64,000 nt of DNA. Origin: Chloroflexota bacterium. Lineage in GTDB: Bacteria; Chloroflexota; UBA11872; VXNJ01. Location of the stretch: assembly GCA_965261345.1 (NCBI GenBank), contig OZ253449.1:1664001-1728000 (forward strand), written 5' to 3'. The notes under the pieces were generated by a model, which saw nothing but the letters and a program-made list of their open reading frames with translations, ran no database searches and was not told the origin of the DNA. The position numbers and the translations under genes are program-made. This document shows, piece after piece, positions 48,790-58,894 of this stretch. Position 1 is the stretch's first letter. Each line of letters begins with the position of its first letter.

Positions 48790-49485
48790 ATGAACGCATC
48801 AACTAGATCACGCGGCCCGAGCTCGACGCCGACGGTTGAGGACTACCTCCTGGCGATCGCCAGCTTTGACTACGAACACATGCCGGTCATCGCCGCCCGC
48901 CTGGCCGAACGACTCAAGGTCTCGGCCCCGACCGTATCGGCGACCATCAAGCGGATGGTTCGCGACGGTTGGGTAAGCATCGCCGACGGCCACCGGATCG
49001 AGCTGACCGACCGCGGACGCGTTCGCTCGGAGCGGATCGTGCGCCGGCACCGCCTCATCGAACGTTGGTTGGAAGACCAGCTCGGGCTCGAATGGTCGGC
49101 CCTGCACGAGGAGGCAGACCGGCTAGAACATTCAGTCTCAGATCGGCTCGAGCAGCGAATTTCCGAAGCCCTCGGACACCCCGAGACCTGTCCGCACGGC
49201 AATCCGATCCCGGGCAATGTGCGCACCTGGACCCGCGAAGGCCTATCCCAGCTCAGCCAGGTCGCCGTGGGCGGCACCGTCGTGGTCCGCCGCATCTCGG
49301 AGTTGATCGAGGAGGAGACTCAACTACTCTCCTTCATCCAGACCTCGGGCTTAACTCCGGGCAGCACGGTCCGGGTGGCCGGTCGCTTTGCCAGCGGTGT
49401 AATGGACGTAAACGTCGGCGGCCGTTACGTCCAAGTCGACCGGCGGGTCGGCGACAGTGTTTGGGTCTTGCCGAACCGCAAATAA
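48790..49485 (+). CDS. DtxR/MntR-family metal-dependent regulator with FeoA domain
   Basis: VEDYL, VSAPTVS, RRHRLIE, HEEADRLEH, CPHGNPIP. Confidence 0.92.
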   Translation: MNASTRSRGPSSTPTVEDYLLAIASFDYEHMPVIAARLAERLKVSAPTVSATIKRMVRDGWVSIADGHRIELTDRGRVRSERIVRRHRLIERWLEDQLGLEWSALHEEADRLEHSVSDRLEQRISEALGHPETCPHGNPIPGNVRTWTREGLSQLSQVAVGGTVVVRRISELIEEETQLLSFIQTSGLTPGSTVRVAGRFASGVMDVNVGGRYVQVDRRVGDSVWVLPNRK

Positions 49486-49528
49486 TCGGACCCGGCCGCC
49501 AAATCTTTAGTCGGCCGCTGGTGATTCG

Positions 49529-50617
49529 GTGAATCCGATCGGCCTGCTGGGTTTAACTCGCGGTTTTCTCCTCGAATTTTTGCGCGACCGGACCGCGCTT
49601 TACTTCAGTTTGATATTCCCGCCGATCTTTACGTTGGTAATCGCGGTAATCATCAGCGCCTTTGCCGGTTCGAGCACCTTTTCGCTGGGCCTGGTGCGCC
49701 AGGACGATTCGGCCTCGGCCCGGGCGGTGAGCCAGGCCCTGCAGATCTCGCCGTCATTCGTGGTTTCCGAGGGCGATCTGGATGCCGAAATGGCGGCCCT
49801 GCGGCTGGGCAAACGCCAGCTGGTGCTAGACATTGCGCCCGGCTACGGGTCTAAATTGAGCGAGCGTGGGCAGGTGGCAATTGAGGTGTACTTTGATGAC
49901 GGCGACCCGGCGACGCGTCAGGTCGCGGTGCCCGCCCTGGCCCAGATCCTTAACTCGGTCGACCGTAGGCTGGCTGGCAGCCTGCCGCGGGTTGAGCTTT
50001 CGGCCATTCCGCTCTCAACTCGCAAGCTGGAAACCATCGATTTCGTTGGGCCCGGGATCATCGCCTTCTCGATCATGCAGCTCGGGGTTTTTTCGGCGGT
50101 CGCCATGGTTGCCCGCCGTGAGAAGCAGATCCTCAAAAGGGTGGCCGCTACCCCGGCCACCAAGGCCATGGTGCTGGCTTCCAACATCGCCGTGCGAGTG
50201 GTCATCAGCGCGGTCCAGACCACCAGCCAGATATTGATTCTGGTCTTGGGCTTTGGCCTCGATTTTGCCAACCCGCTGCCGATTGCCGCAGTTCTGCTGC
50301 TGGGCACGCTGGTTTTTGTGGGGCTGGGCTTTTCGATTGCCTCGTTTGCTCCCACCGCCGAAGCAATGCTGCCGATCGTGCAGCTGATCTCGTTACCGAT
50401 GTTCGTCCTGGCCGGTGTGTTCTTTCCGCTTGACGAATTTCCGCGCCCGCTGCAGTGGCTAGCGACCCTGCTCCCGCTTACCTACCTGGCGGATGCGGTT
50501 CGGCAATTGATGATCGACACCGCCGGCCGGTACCCAATGGGGCTAAACCTGGGCATGCTCCTCGCCTGGATCGGCGCCGGGTATGCGATCGCGGTGTGGC
50601 GCTTCCGCTGGGAATAG
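49529..50617 (+). CDS. ABC-2 exporter permease (copy 1)
   Basis: FLRDRTA..FP, PGIIA, RREKQILKR, LAGVFFP, LPLTY, FRWE. Confidence 0.88.
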   Translation: MNPIGLLGLTRGFLLEFLRDRTALYFSLIFPPIFTLVIAVIISAFAGSSTFSLGLVRQDDSASARAVSQALQISPSFVVSEGDLDAEMAALRLGKRQLVLDIAPGYGSKLSERGQVAIEVYFDDGDPATRQVAVPALAQILNSVDRRLAGSLPRVELSAIPLSTRKLETIDFVGPGIIAFSIMQLGVFSAVAMVARREKQILKRVAATPATKAMVLASNIAVRVVISAVQTTSQILILVLGFGLDFANPLPIAAVLLLGTLVFVGLGFSIASFAPTAEAMLPIVQLISLPMFVLAGVFFPLDEFPRPLQWLATLLPLTYLADAVRQLMIDTAGRYPMGLNLGMLLAWIGAGYAIAVWRFRWE

Positions 50618-50774
50618 TCGCGGGCCTGCGGGCCCCTTAACCACCCTTGTCAAAACGCCGCTGCGGCGTTGCCCGAACGCTGCCACCGGCCGACTAATTC
50701 GGATAATGGATTCGTCCGCAAAGACAAGATCGACCGTCCTTACGTAAGGTCGGGGATTTCTAAGGCACACGAAT

Positions 50775-51692
50775 ATGGCACCAATTGTTCAGGTCGAGGA
50801 TCTGCGCAAGCATTACGGTGACATAAAAGCAGTCGACGGCGTCTCGTTTGAGGTTGCCGCCGGTGAGGTTTTCGGAATGCTCGGGCCCAACGGGGCCGGC
50901 AAGAGCACGACCGTGGAAATCCTGGAGGGACTGCGCGAACGCGATTCCGGTTCGGTCTCGGTAATGGGCATGGACCCGTCAACTGAAAAGTCGGCGCTTA
51001 GTCAGCAGATTGGTATTCAGCTGCAGTCCTCGGCGCTTTTCCCCAAGCTCTCGGCCCGCGAACATCTGAAGATGTTCGGGTCGCTATACAAGCGGTCGCG
51101 CGATGTTGACGAGCTGCTCGAATTGGTCGGCCTAACCGAGCGCCAGAAGGCCTACAGCGAGAACCTCTCGGGCGGCCAGCAACAGCGGTTGGCGGTGGCG
51201 CTGGCTCTGCTGTCGGACCCCAAGCTGGTGTTTCTAGATGAACCCACCACCGGTCTTGACCCGCAGGCCCGGCGGCGTCTCTGGGACGTCGTGGTGGAGA
51301 TGAAATCGCGCGGCACGACCGTGATCCTTACCTCCCACTACATGGATGAGGCCGAAATCCTAGCCGATCGGCTGGTGATCGTCGACAACGGCAAAATCAT
51401 TGCCTCCGACTCCCCGGAAGGCCTGATCCGCGCCAATTTCGCCGGCGCGACGCTCACTTTTACCACCTCGCCCCACCTGGATGATTCCGACCTCGGGCAA
51501 TTGCCCTCGGTTGACGAGGTGATCGCGCTCAACGGTGAATATGAGTTGGCGGTGGCCGATGCGTCGACGGCGATCCCGGAGCTGTTTGCCCTGGCCGGGC
51601 AGAAGGGCGTCGTGCTAGATGACCTTCAAGTTCGCCGACCCAATCTCGAGGACGTGTTCCTAAAACTGACCGGCCGAAGGATCCGCGATTGA
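50775..51692 (+). CDS. ABC-2 exporter ATP-binding protein
   Basis: GPNGAGKST, LSGGQ, LDEPTTGLD, TSH. Confidence 0.93.
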   Translation: MAPIVQVEDLRKHYGDIKAVDGVSFEVAAGEVFGMLGPNGAGKSTTVEILEGLRERDSGSVSVMGMDPSTEKSALSQQIGIQLQSSALFPKLSAREHLKMFGSLYKRSRDVDELLELVGLTERQKAYSENLSGGQQQRLAVALALLSDPKLVFLDEPTTGLDPQARRRLWDVVVEMKSRGTTVILTSHYMDEAEILADRLVIVDNGKIIASDSPEGLIRANFAGATLTFTTSPHLDDSDLGQLPSVDEVIALNGEYELAVADASTAIPELFALAGQKGVVLDDLQVRRPNLEDVFLKLTGRRIRD

Positions 51693-52777
51693 ATTTCGCC
51701 GGAATGGGCGGCCTGCTCTGGGGCGTCTCGCTGGAATTCTTGCGCGACCGCACGGCCTTGTTTTTCACGTTCATATTTCCGCCAATATTTACGGTCGTGA
51801 TCGCATTTATCATCGGGGCCTTTTCGGGACCGACCGAATACGATATCGGGCTGGTACTAGCCGACGACTCACCCGCTGCGCAGGCGATCTCGGGAGCGCT
51901 CGAGGGCTACGAGGCCTTCAATCTCACCCGGGGCGACTTTGAGTCGGAACGGCAGGCGCTCGAGGACGGGGACCGCAGCGCGGTACTGGTAATTCCTAGA
52001 GGCTACGGTCAGGCTCTGGCCGAATCGCAATCGGCCCAGGTAGAAGTTATCTACGACAACCTCGATCAGAACGCCGCGCTGTTTGTCATCCCGACCCTGA
52101 CCGCGATCGTCGACGGTGTCGATCGGGCCATGACCGGCGCGCTGCCGCGTGTGACGGTCGCAACCACCGGGGTCTCTTTGCGGGATCTGGACACGATCGA
52201 CTTCGTCGGCCCGGGCATCCTGGCTTTTTCGATCATGCAGCTGGGAGTGTTCTCGGCCATCACCCTGGTTGCCCGCCGCGAAAAAAAGGTCCTAAAGCGG
52301 GTGGGCGCAACCCCGGCCACAAGGTCCATGGTGCTCCTGGCCAACATCGGCATGCGGGTGGTCATCGCCTTGATCCAGTCGGCGTTGCAGATTGCGATCC
52401 TGGTGTTCGGCTTCGGCCTGGACTTCTTCAATCCATTGGCGGTCATCGGCGTGCTATTGCTGGGGACGTTGGTGTTTGTGGGCCTGGGCTTTACCGCCTC
52501 CTCGTTTGCCCGCACCGAAGAAGCGATGCTCCCGATCGTGCAGTTGATTTCACTTCCGATGTTTGTTCTGGCCGGGGTTTTCTTTCCCCTCGACATCTTT
52601 CCCGAGGTCCTCCAGTGGGTGGCCCACGCCCTTCCGCTGACCTACCTGGCGGACGCGGTTCGCCAGCTAATGATCGATACTGGCGGGCGTTTCCCGCTGT
52701 GGATGGACTTGACCGTGATGGTCGCCTGGGTCGTCGTCGGCTTCACCATTGCGGTCTGGCGATTCCGCTGGGAGTAA
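51689..52777 (+). CDS. ABC-2 exporter permease (copy 2)
   Basis: Close paralog of 49529-50617. Confidence 0.88.
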   Translation: MNFAGMGGLLWGVSLEFLRDRTALFFTFIFPPIFTVVIAFIIGAFSGPTEYDIGLVLADDSPAAQAISGALEGYEAFNLTRGDFESERQALEDGDRSAVLVIPRGYGQALAESQSAQVEVIYDNLDQNAALFVIPTLTAIVDGVDRAMTGALPRVTVATTGVSLRDLDTIDFVGPGILAFSIMQLGVFSAITLVARREKKVLKRVGATPATRSMVLLANIGMRVVIALIQSALQIAILVFGFGLDFFNPLAVIGVLLLGTLVFVGLGFTASSFARTEEAMLPIVQLISLPMFVLAGVFFPLDIFPEVLQWVAHALPLTYLADAVRQLMIDTGGRFPLWMDLTVMVAWVVVGFTIAVWRFRWE

Positions 52778-52899
52778 GCACCGTTTCGGGCAGCCCCAGT
52801 CGTCCCGGCGCGCGTGGCTTCCTTAGTGCTGATGTGCCCAAGTACGGATTGCCACCGGCTCGCCGGTTGGTCGGCGTGGTAAACGGGCCTGGCTAACCA

Positions 52900-54459
52900 A
52901 TGACTGCCCCGCCACGACTAAAACGCAGTTTTTCCGACCGCTGGCTCATGCTCTTGGTCTTTTGCGGCGGAATGTCGACCCTGGGGATCGAGCTGACCGC
53001 CTCACGCTTGCTGGCGCCGTTTTTTGGGAACAGCCTTTTCATCTGGGCGAATGTAATCGGATTGACCCTGCTCTATCTTTCGGCTGGGTATTTCCTGGGT
53101 GGCCGCCTGGCCGACCGGCGTCCCGACGATCGACTGCTGATCAAAATCGTGGCGGTGGCGGCGGTCTTTGTCGCGATCGTGCCGTTTATTGCCCGGCCGA
53201 TCCTGAGTCTTTCGGCTGCCGGACTGGCCGGTCTTTCGGCTGGAGTCTTCCTGGGATCGCTATTTGGGGTGCTGGTGTTGTTGGCGGTACCAATCACCCT
53301 GCTCGGATTCGTTTCGCCCTTTGCCATTCGCTTGGCGTCGCGGAGGGTTGAATCGGCCGGGCAAGTCGCCGGCCGGGTGTACGCCATCGGAACCGTCGGA
53401 TCGATCATCGGGGCCTTCCTGCCGGTACTGCTGCTGGTCCCCAACATCGGTACCCGCAATACATTTCTTTTCTTTGCCATCCTGCTCCTGGTGCTGGCGC
53501 TTTTATCGCTGCGATCATGGGCAGTTGCCGGGTTGCTGGCGTTGGCGATTGCACTGACCGTGTGGGGCAATCTTGACGTTGACCCGATCAAGCCGGCCGA
53601 AACCGGTGAGCTGCTATTTGAGGATGAATCACTCTTTAACTACATTCAGGTGGTCGAAGCTCCGGGCGGGCCGCGGCGGCTGGTGCTCAACAACGAAGAA
53701 CGGTTGGCCACCCATTCGGTCTACTGGCCCGACCGGACTCCGCAACCGCTCTCGGGTGGACCCTGGGATTACTTTCTGCTGGCACCCTATTTCCGAAGCG
53801 CCAACGCCGGGCAGGTCGAGGAGGTCTTGGTGGTGGGACTTGGGGCCGGAACCGCCCCCAAGCTCTACGTCGAGAACTTTGACGCGGAGCTGGCAATCGA
53901 CGGGGTCGAGATCGATCCGGGAGTAATCGCCGCCGGCGAGGAATTTTTCGCAATGAACGAAAGTGCGCTCAACGCGGTGGCCGAGGATGGACGTGTTTTT
54001 CTAAATCAATCAGACCGCATCTACGACGTGGTAATGCTGGACGCCTATCGTCCGCCCTATATTCCCTTCCATCTGACCACGCGTGAGTTCTATCAGGAAA
54101 TATCCGAAAAACTCGCCGACGATGGCGTGGTCGTGTCCAACGTTGGGCGCGGGCCGGGCCGCGATACCGAACTGCTCGACCTGATGGCCAGGACCCTGCG
54201 CTCGGTCTTTCCGACCGTGATCGCAACCTTGCCTTCGACGACTTCGAATGCGATTGTCTACGCGCTAAAACAACCGATCCCGATCGAGGCGATCAGGGCC
54301 AATCTGGCGGCGGCAAGCAATCCGTTGATCGTAGAGATTGCCGGCCGCGAGAGCCATTGGTATTTGGTCGAGAGTGTCGAGGGCGCCTTCACCGACGACC
54401 TGGCTCCGGTCGAGCAGGTCGTCAACCAGCTAATAATCGATTACGCAACCGGCAGCTAG
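52900..54459 (+). CDS. Membrane-fused spermidine-synthase-like methyltransferase
   Basis: About 7 N-terminal TMs (RLLAPFFG, GRVYAIGTVGSI), VGLGAG, VEIDP, EDGR, DAY. Confidence 0.85.
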   Translation: MTAPPRLKRSFSDRWLMLLVFCGGMSTLGIELTASRLLAPFFGNSLFIWANVIGLTLLYLSAGYFLGGRLADRRPDDRLLIKIVAVAAVFVAIVPFIARPILSLSAAGLAGLSAGVFLGSLFGVLVLLAVPITLLGFVSPFAIRLASRRVESAGQVAGRVYAIGTVGSIIGAFLPVLLLVPNIGTRNTFLFFAILLLVLALLSLRSWAVAGLLALAIALTVWGNLDVDPIKPAETGELLFEDESLFNYIQVVEAPGGPRRLVLNNEERLATHSVYWPDRTPQPLSGGPWDYFLLAPYFRSANAGQVEEVLVVGLGAGTAPKLYVENFDAELAIDGVEIDPGVIAAGEEFFAMNESALNAVAEDGRVFLNQSDRIYDVVMLDAYRPPYIPFHLTTREFYQEISEKLADDGVVVSNVGRGPGRDTELLDLMARTLRSVFPTVIATLPSTTSNAIVYALKQPIPIEAIRANLAAASNPLIVEIAGRESHWYLVESVEGAFTDDLAPVEQVVNQLIIDYATGS

Positions 54460-54500
54460 CCGCGGTTAAACCGGTCTGCGGCCAGATCGCGGGCGCCCGC

Positions 54501-56099
54501 TTAAAGGCCGATCGCGATTCCGTGCCAACGTGGATCGCTGGCTCCGCCCAATGTTCCGGTGGCGGGGTCACGGCCGATCGCCAGCCCGCGAGATCCGGCC
54601 CCGAAGAGGCCTGCCGAAGTGGCCGCGTGACCCAGCTGGGCCAATTGCGGTGCCAGCGGCCGGCCGAAACGTTCCTCAACAAAAACTTGCCCGGAGATCT
54701 CGTCGTGCCCAAATCGCGGGGCCTCCAGGCTCGTTTGCAGCGACATCCCGTAGCGCAGATGGTTCTCAATCAACTGGGCGTTGGTCTGAACCTGGTAGTG
54801 CCCGCCGGCGGTTGATCCGAACGCGATCGGCGCATCCTCGTCGGTGACCATCCAGGTCATTAGGGTATGAGCCGGACGAGCGCCGCCGCGCAGGTGGTTG
54901 GGGCTGGTGCGATCCAGTGAGAACCCGGTCATGCGGTTGTTCATTAGCACCCCGGTGCCCGGGATCATCTCGCGGCAGCCAAACGCCGCAAAGATGCTCT
55001 GGATGTAGGCAACGCAGTTGCCGTCACGGTCGGCCGCCGCCAGGCAGGTCGTGTCGGTGCCGCTGGGGGAGCCCGGCGGGCCCTGCTGCCAGGCGCGCCC
55101 GCGATCGATCGCCGCCGCCGCCGCCCGCAGCCGGTCCGGGCGCAGGAATTCGGTTGGCTCCAGGCCGCGATGGTCAGGATCGCCCAGGAACTTATGACGC
55201 AGCGCAAATGCTCGTTTCTTGGCTTCGATGGCCAGGTGAATCCGCGCCGGATCGGCAAAATCGAGCTCTCCGGCGCCGGCGTATTCGGCGATCTTGAGCG
55301 CCGCCAGGGTCACATAGCCCTGACTAACCGGTGGCTGCGCCAGCACCCGACGACCCAGATAGTCGACCTGCAACGGGATGTGGCGCTCGCACGCGATCTG
55401 GTCCAGATCGCTGGCCCGATGCGGCCGCCCACTGCTTCTTGCGTGGCGATCCAAGGCTGCCGCGAATGAACCGGAATAGAGTCCGGTCGAGTCACCGGCG
55501 GCGGCGATTTCTTCCAGGGTGCGGGCCAGGTCCGCCTGCCGGAGAATCTGCCCGTTCCCGATCGGCCCTCCGCCCGGCAGAAACACCTCGGCGCTGGCTT
55601 CAAATCGCGCCAGTTCGGCGCGCTGCTCGCGGGCGTGCGTGGCCAGGAAACTCGATGCCGGGACACCCTCGCGGGCATAGTCGATCGCCGGCTGGAGCAG
55701 CGAACGCCAGGACAATCGGCAGTACTGACGATGCAGGCTCTCCCAGGCCTTCACCGCCCCGGGAAGGGTCGCCGCGGCCAACCCGTTGGGATCGATCCGG
55801 GCGCCAAAATCCTCGGGCCGGGCCGCCAACGGCGCCGGTCCCGACGCGTTCAGGGCGAATGGTTTGTGATCGCGCGGAACAACAATCGCGAACGAATCGC
55901 CGCCGATCGAGTTCATCGCCGGTTCGACCACCGCGATCGCCGCGGCCATGGCCACCACCGCGTCGAAGGCGTTGCCACCGCCGGCCAGGATCCGCAGGCC
56001 GGTGGCCGCCGCCAGCGGATGGCCGGCGGCCACCATCCCGGCAGCCGATACCGCGTCCCCCCGCGATGAGCAGTCGAATGCGGGTGTTGATATATTCAT
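54501..56099 (-). CDS. Gamma-glutamyltransferase family Ntn hydrolase (YwrD/HpxW-like)
   Basis: GGNAFDA, IGGDSF, DTT nucleophile, MNNRM..F, HTL, GASDPR. Confidence 0.88.
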   Translation of the reverse strand: MNISTPAFDCSSRGDAVSAAGMVAAGHPLAAATGLRILAGGGNAFDAVVAMAAAIAVVEPAMNSIGGDSFAIVVPRDHKPFALNASGPAPLAARPEDFGARIDPNGLAAATLPGAVKAWESLHRQYCRLSWRSLLQPAIDYAREGVPASSFLATHAREQRAELARFEASAEVFLPGGGPIGNGQILRQADLARTLEEIAAAGDSTGLYSGSFAAALDRHARSSGRPHRASDLDQIACERHIPLQVDYLGRRVLAQPPVSQGYVTLAALKIAEYAGAGELDFADPARIHLAIEAKKRAFALRHKFLGDPDHRGLEPTEFLRPDRLRAAAAAIDRGRAWQQGPPGSPSGTDTTCLAAADRDGNCVAYIQSIFAAFGCREMIPGTGVLMNNRMTGFSLDRTSPNHLRGGARPAHTLMTWMVTDEDAPIAFGSTAGGHYQVQTNAQLIENHLRYGMSLQTSLEAPRFGHDEISGQVFVEERFGRPLAPQLAQLGHAATSAGLFGAGSRGLAIGRDPATGTLGGASDPRWHGIAIGL

Positions 56100-56139
56100 G
56101 GACGAATTATTGCCCTGCAAAAAATCTGGCGGTGCAGGT

Positions 56140-57033
56140 TTGCTCGAACGCTTAGGCGCCCTGCCCGGTCCGCCCTACCCGCTGGTTTTAGATACCGACC
56201 TGGGTGATGATGTCGATGACGTATTCGCCATTGCGCTGGCGGCTAAATCGCCCGCAATCGATTTGCAGGCGGTCATTACCGCCCACGGTGATACGGCCTG
56301 GCGGGCACGCCTGGCGCGGCGGGTGCTCGACGAATGCGGTCGCGCCGATGTCCCTGTCTATGCCGGAGCGCGACCAAATTGTTCCAGACTCCATTTAGCC
56401 ACCTCGCAGGAATCGGCGCACGGTTACGCTCCCGCGGTTGCCCGAATAGAGAGCGGCGACGGGGAATCCGTGCTAAGCGAAATTACCGCCCGCCAGCCGG
56501 GCCGGATCACGGTGTGCGCGGTGGGGCCGTTGACCAATCTGGCGCACGCGCTCGCCGACGACCCGGGATTTGCTCAAAATGCCGCCGCCATGTTGGTCAT
56601 GGGTGGCCAGTTCCCGGCCGAACCCAAAGGGGAATACAACTTCAACTGCGATCCGGAAGCGGCCCGTACAGTGCTCGAATCGGGGGCCGACATATTCCTG
56701 GGATTGGTTGGCCCGACCGCTACGGCGCGGATCGGTACGGTCGAACGCGACGCGCTGTTGGCCGCCGGGTCGCCGCTTGGCAAGAGTCTGGCCGGGATGC
56801 TCGACCTCTATCTAAATAGCCGCGGCCGCACGCTTACGCCGATGTATGACGGTGCCACCCTGGGGGCCTTGATCTGGCCCGAGTTGTACGACTGGCAGCG
56901 GTCGGCCATCGCAGCGGATGTTAGCGGCGGCCGGATTCAGCTTGAAGCGGGGGCTTTGCCGCTGCAGCTGCTTTGCGGTCTCCGGGCGCCGGAGTTTTGC
57001 GAGCGCATGATGGCAACGATACTCTCAAATTGA
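56140..57033 (+). CDS. Nucleoside hydrolase (IU-NH family)
   Basis: LDTDLGDDVDD, VGPLTN, MGG, EYNFNCDPEAA; start TTG 56140 or ATG 56098. Confidence 0.87.
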   Translation: MLERLGALPGPPYPLVLDTDLGDDVDDVFAIALAAKSPAIDLQAVITAHGDTAWRARLARRVLDECGRADVPVYAGARPNCSRLHLATSQESAHGYAPAVARIESGDGESVLSEITARQPGRITVCAVGPLTNLAHALADDPGFAQNAAAMLVMGGQFPAEPKGEYNFNCDPEAARTVLESGADIFLGLVGPTATARIGTVERDALLAAGSPLGKSLAGMLDLYLNSRGRTLTPMYDGATLGALIWPELYDWQRSAIAADVSGGRIQLEAGALPLQLLCGLRAPEFCERMMATILSN

Positions 57034-57091
57034 CCGGAATCTGGAGTCAGCCGACCCGATCTTCTATACGGTCAGACCATAGGACCGCTTG

Positions 57092-57997
57092 ATGAACGAA
57101 TCCGCCCCGGCGATTGAGATCGCCTCGCTGACTAAGTACTACGGGTCGGTTAAGGCGCTTGATTCAATCAACCTGGACGTTGCGCGCGGCGAAATCTTTG
57201 GATTTTTGGGGCCGAACGGGGCCGGAAAGTCCACGGCGATCCGGGTGCTGTTGGACCTGATTCGGCCGTCTGCCGGATCGGCGCGGGTCTTTGGCTACGA
57301 TTCGCGCGCCAACTCGATCCAGATCCGGGCGCTGACCGGGTACGTTCCCGGCGAGGTGAGCCTTTACGAACAGCTGACCGGCACCGGCATGCTCTCCCTA
57401 CTCGAGTCGCTTTCGGGATCCAATGCCAGCTGCCGGGGTGAGCTGCTAGATCGCCTTGAGTTAGATCCCCGGACCAGGATCGCCAAGTTTTCGCGCGGCA
57501 TGAAACAGAAACTGGCCCTGATCGGGGCGCTGCAGACCGACCCTCCGCTTTTGGTGCTCGATGAACCGTCAACCGGTCTAGATCCGCTTATCCAGCAGGC
57601 CCTGCACGATTACCTCGGCGAGGCCGCCGCCCGCGGGGTCACGATATTTTTCTCCTCACACGTTCTCTCCGAAGTGGAAGAACTCTGCGATCGGGTGGCC
57701 TTCATTCGCGAAGGCCAAATCGTGACAACCGACCGGGTTGCGGAATTACGGAAGCGCCTGGTCAAACCGGTAAGCGTACAGTTTGCTGATCCGGTTGGTC
57801 CCGACCAGTTTGCCGGCCTGCCCGGCGTTCAGGCCAGTTTGGTCGGTGACCGGCAGTTGAGCTTTGCAGTTACCACCGGGATGGATGGACTGATCAAGGC
57901 CCTGGCCGGCCACGCGGTGGTCGACCTGGTGTCGGTGCCACCATCGCTGGAAGATACTTTTTTGAACCTATATGAAGCCGATCGGACGGAGGGTTAA
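57092..57997 (+). CDS. ABC transporter ATP-binding protein
   Basis: GPNGAGKST, FSRGM, LDEPSTGLD, SSH. Confidence 0.92.
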   Translation: MNESAPAIEIASLTKYYGSVKALDSINLDVARGEIFGFLGPNGAGKSTAIRVLLDLIRPSAGSARVFGYDSRANSIQIRALTGYVPGEVSLYEQLTGTGMLSLLESLSGSNASCRGELLDRLELDPRTRIAKFSRGMKQKLALIGALQTDPPLLVLDEPSTGLDPLIQQALHDYLGEAAARGVTIFFSSHVLSEVEELCDRVAFIREGQIVTTDRVAELRKRLVKPVSVQFADPVGPDQFAGLPGVQASLVGDRQLSFAVTTGMDGLIKALAGHAVVDLVSVPPSLEDTFLNLYEADRTEG

Positions 57998-58000
57998 AGG

Positions 58001-58876
58001 GTGAGCAGTGCGCCAATGGTGATTCCCGTCGCCGGTCAACCGAAGGCGGCTCCCGGGTGGTCTGCCGCCCGCGGCATCCTCTTGTCCTCGATGCGATCCC
58101 GCCGCACCGGAACCTTCTGGTTTGCCCTGGCCGGCGGGCTGATCGCACTGGGAATCGGCCTGATCTACGAAACGATCATCGAGGCCATCGACTTGGCTTC
58201 CTACCTAAATGAATTTCCGCCGGAAATGCTCGCCGCGTTCGGGATGTCATCAAACATCCTGGGGTCCACGGAAATTTCCTATGCCGGGTTCATGTCGTTT
58301 GAGTTCTATCCCTGGTTCGGGCTCGCCCTGGTCGTGTACGCGCTGGTTGCTTCGGGTTCGCAAGTGGCCGGTGAGGTGGAGAGCGGGACCATGGACATGG
58401 TCATGTGCAATCCCGTACCGCGCTGGGTTTACGCGCTGGCCAAATACCTGGGGCTGCTGGTCCCGCTGTTGCTAATCGGACTCACCTGCGCGGTGTTTTC
58501 GGTAGTTGGCGGCCTGATCCAGGGTCTGGAACTCTCGGTCGCCCGGTTCCTCTATCTCGGAGTGATCATGGGCTTGCTCGGCGGTGCGGTTGCCAGCCTG
58601 GGAATCATGTTCTCGGTAATAACTCTCTCATCACAGCGCTCCCAACTGATCCTGGCGGTTATCGTGATCGCCCAGTACCTGATGGACATCGTCTCCAAGA
58701 TTTCAGCCGACTGGGAATTCCTGGGGCCCTATTCACTTTTCTACCACTACGACTCCGCCAACATCCTGGAGAGCTTCGGGTGGAGCTGGTCGCCGCTGGT
58801 GATCTTCGCCCTGGTTGCGATTGCCGGCCTGGTGGCTGCAATAGCGCTATTTGAACGGCGCGATCTGGCGGCCTAG
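58001..58876 (+). CDS. ABC-2 permease
   Basis: Six TMs, AGEVESGT..PVPR..K, FERRDL. Confidence 0.85.
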   Translation: MSSAPMVIPVAGQPKAAPGWSAARGILLSSMRSRRTGTFWFALAGGLIALGIGLIYETIIEAIDLASYLNEFPPEMLAAFGMSSNILGSTEISYAGFMSFEFYPWFGLALVVYALVASGSQVAGEVESGTMDMVMCNPVPRWVYALAKYLGLLVPLLLIGLTCAVFSVVGGLIQGLELSVARFLYLGVIMGLLGGAVASLGIMFSVITLSSQRSQLILAVIVIAQYLMDIVSKISADWEFLGPYSLFYHYDSANILESFGWSWSPLVIFALVAIAGLVAAIALFERRDLAA

Positions 58877-58894
58877 GTCCGGTCCGCCGGGGTC

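Noticed and set aside
50700-50785. GCAAAG..TCTAAG..TATGG resembling a c-di-GMP-I riboswitch
   Set aside because: Element spacing and the P1/P2 stems do not fit, and it would overlap the start codon.
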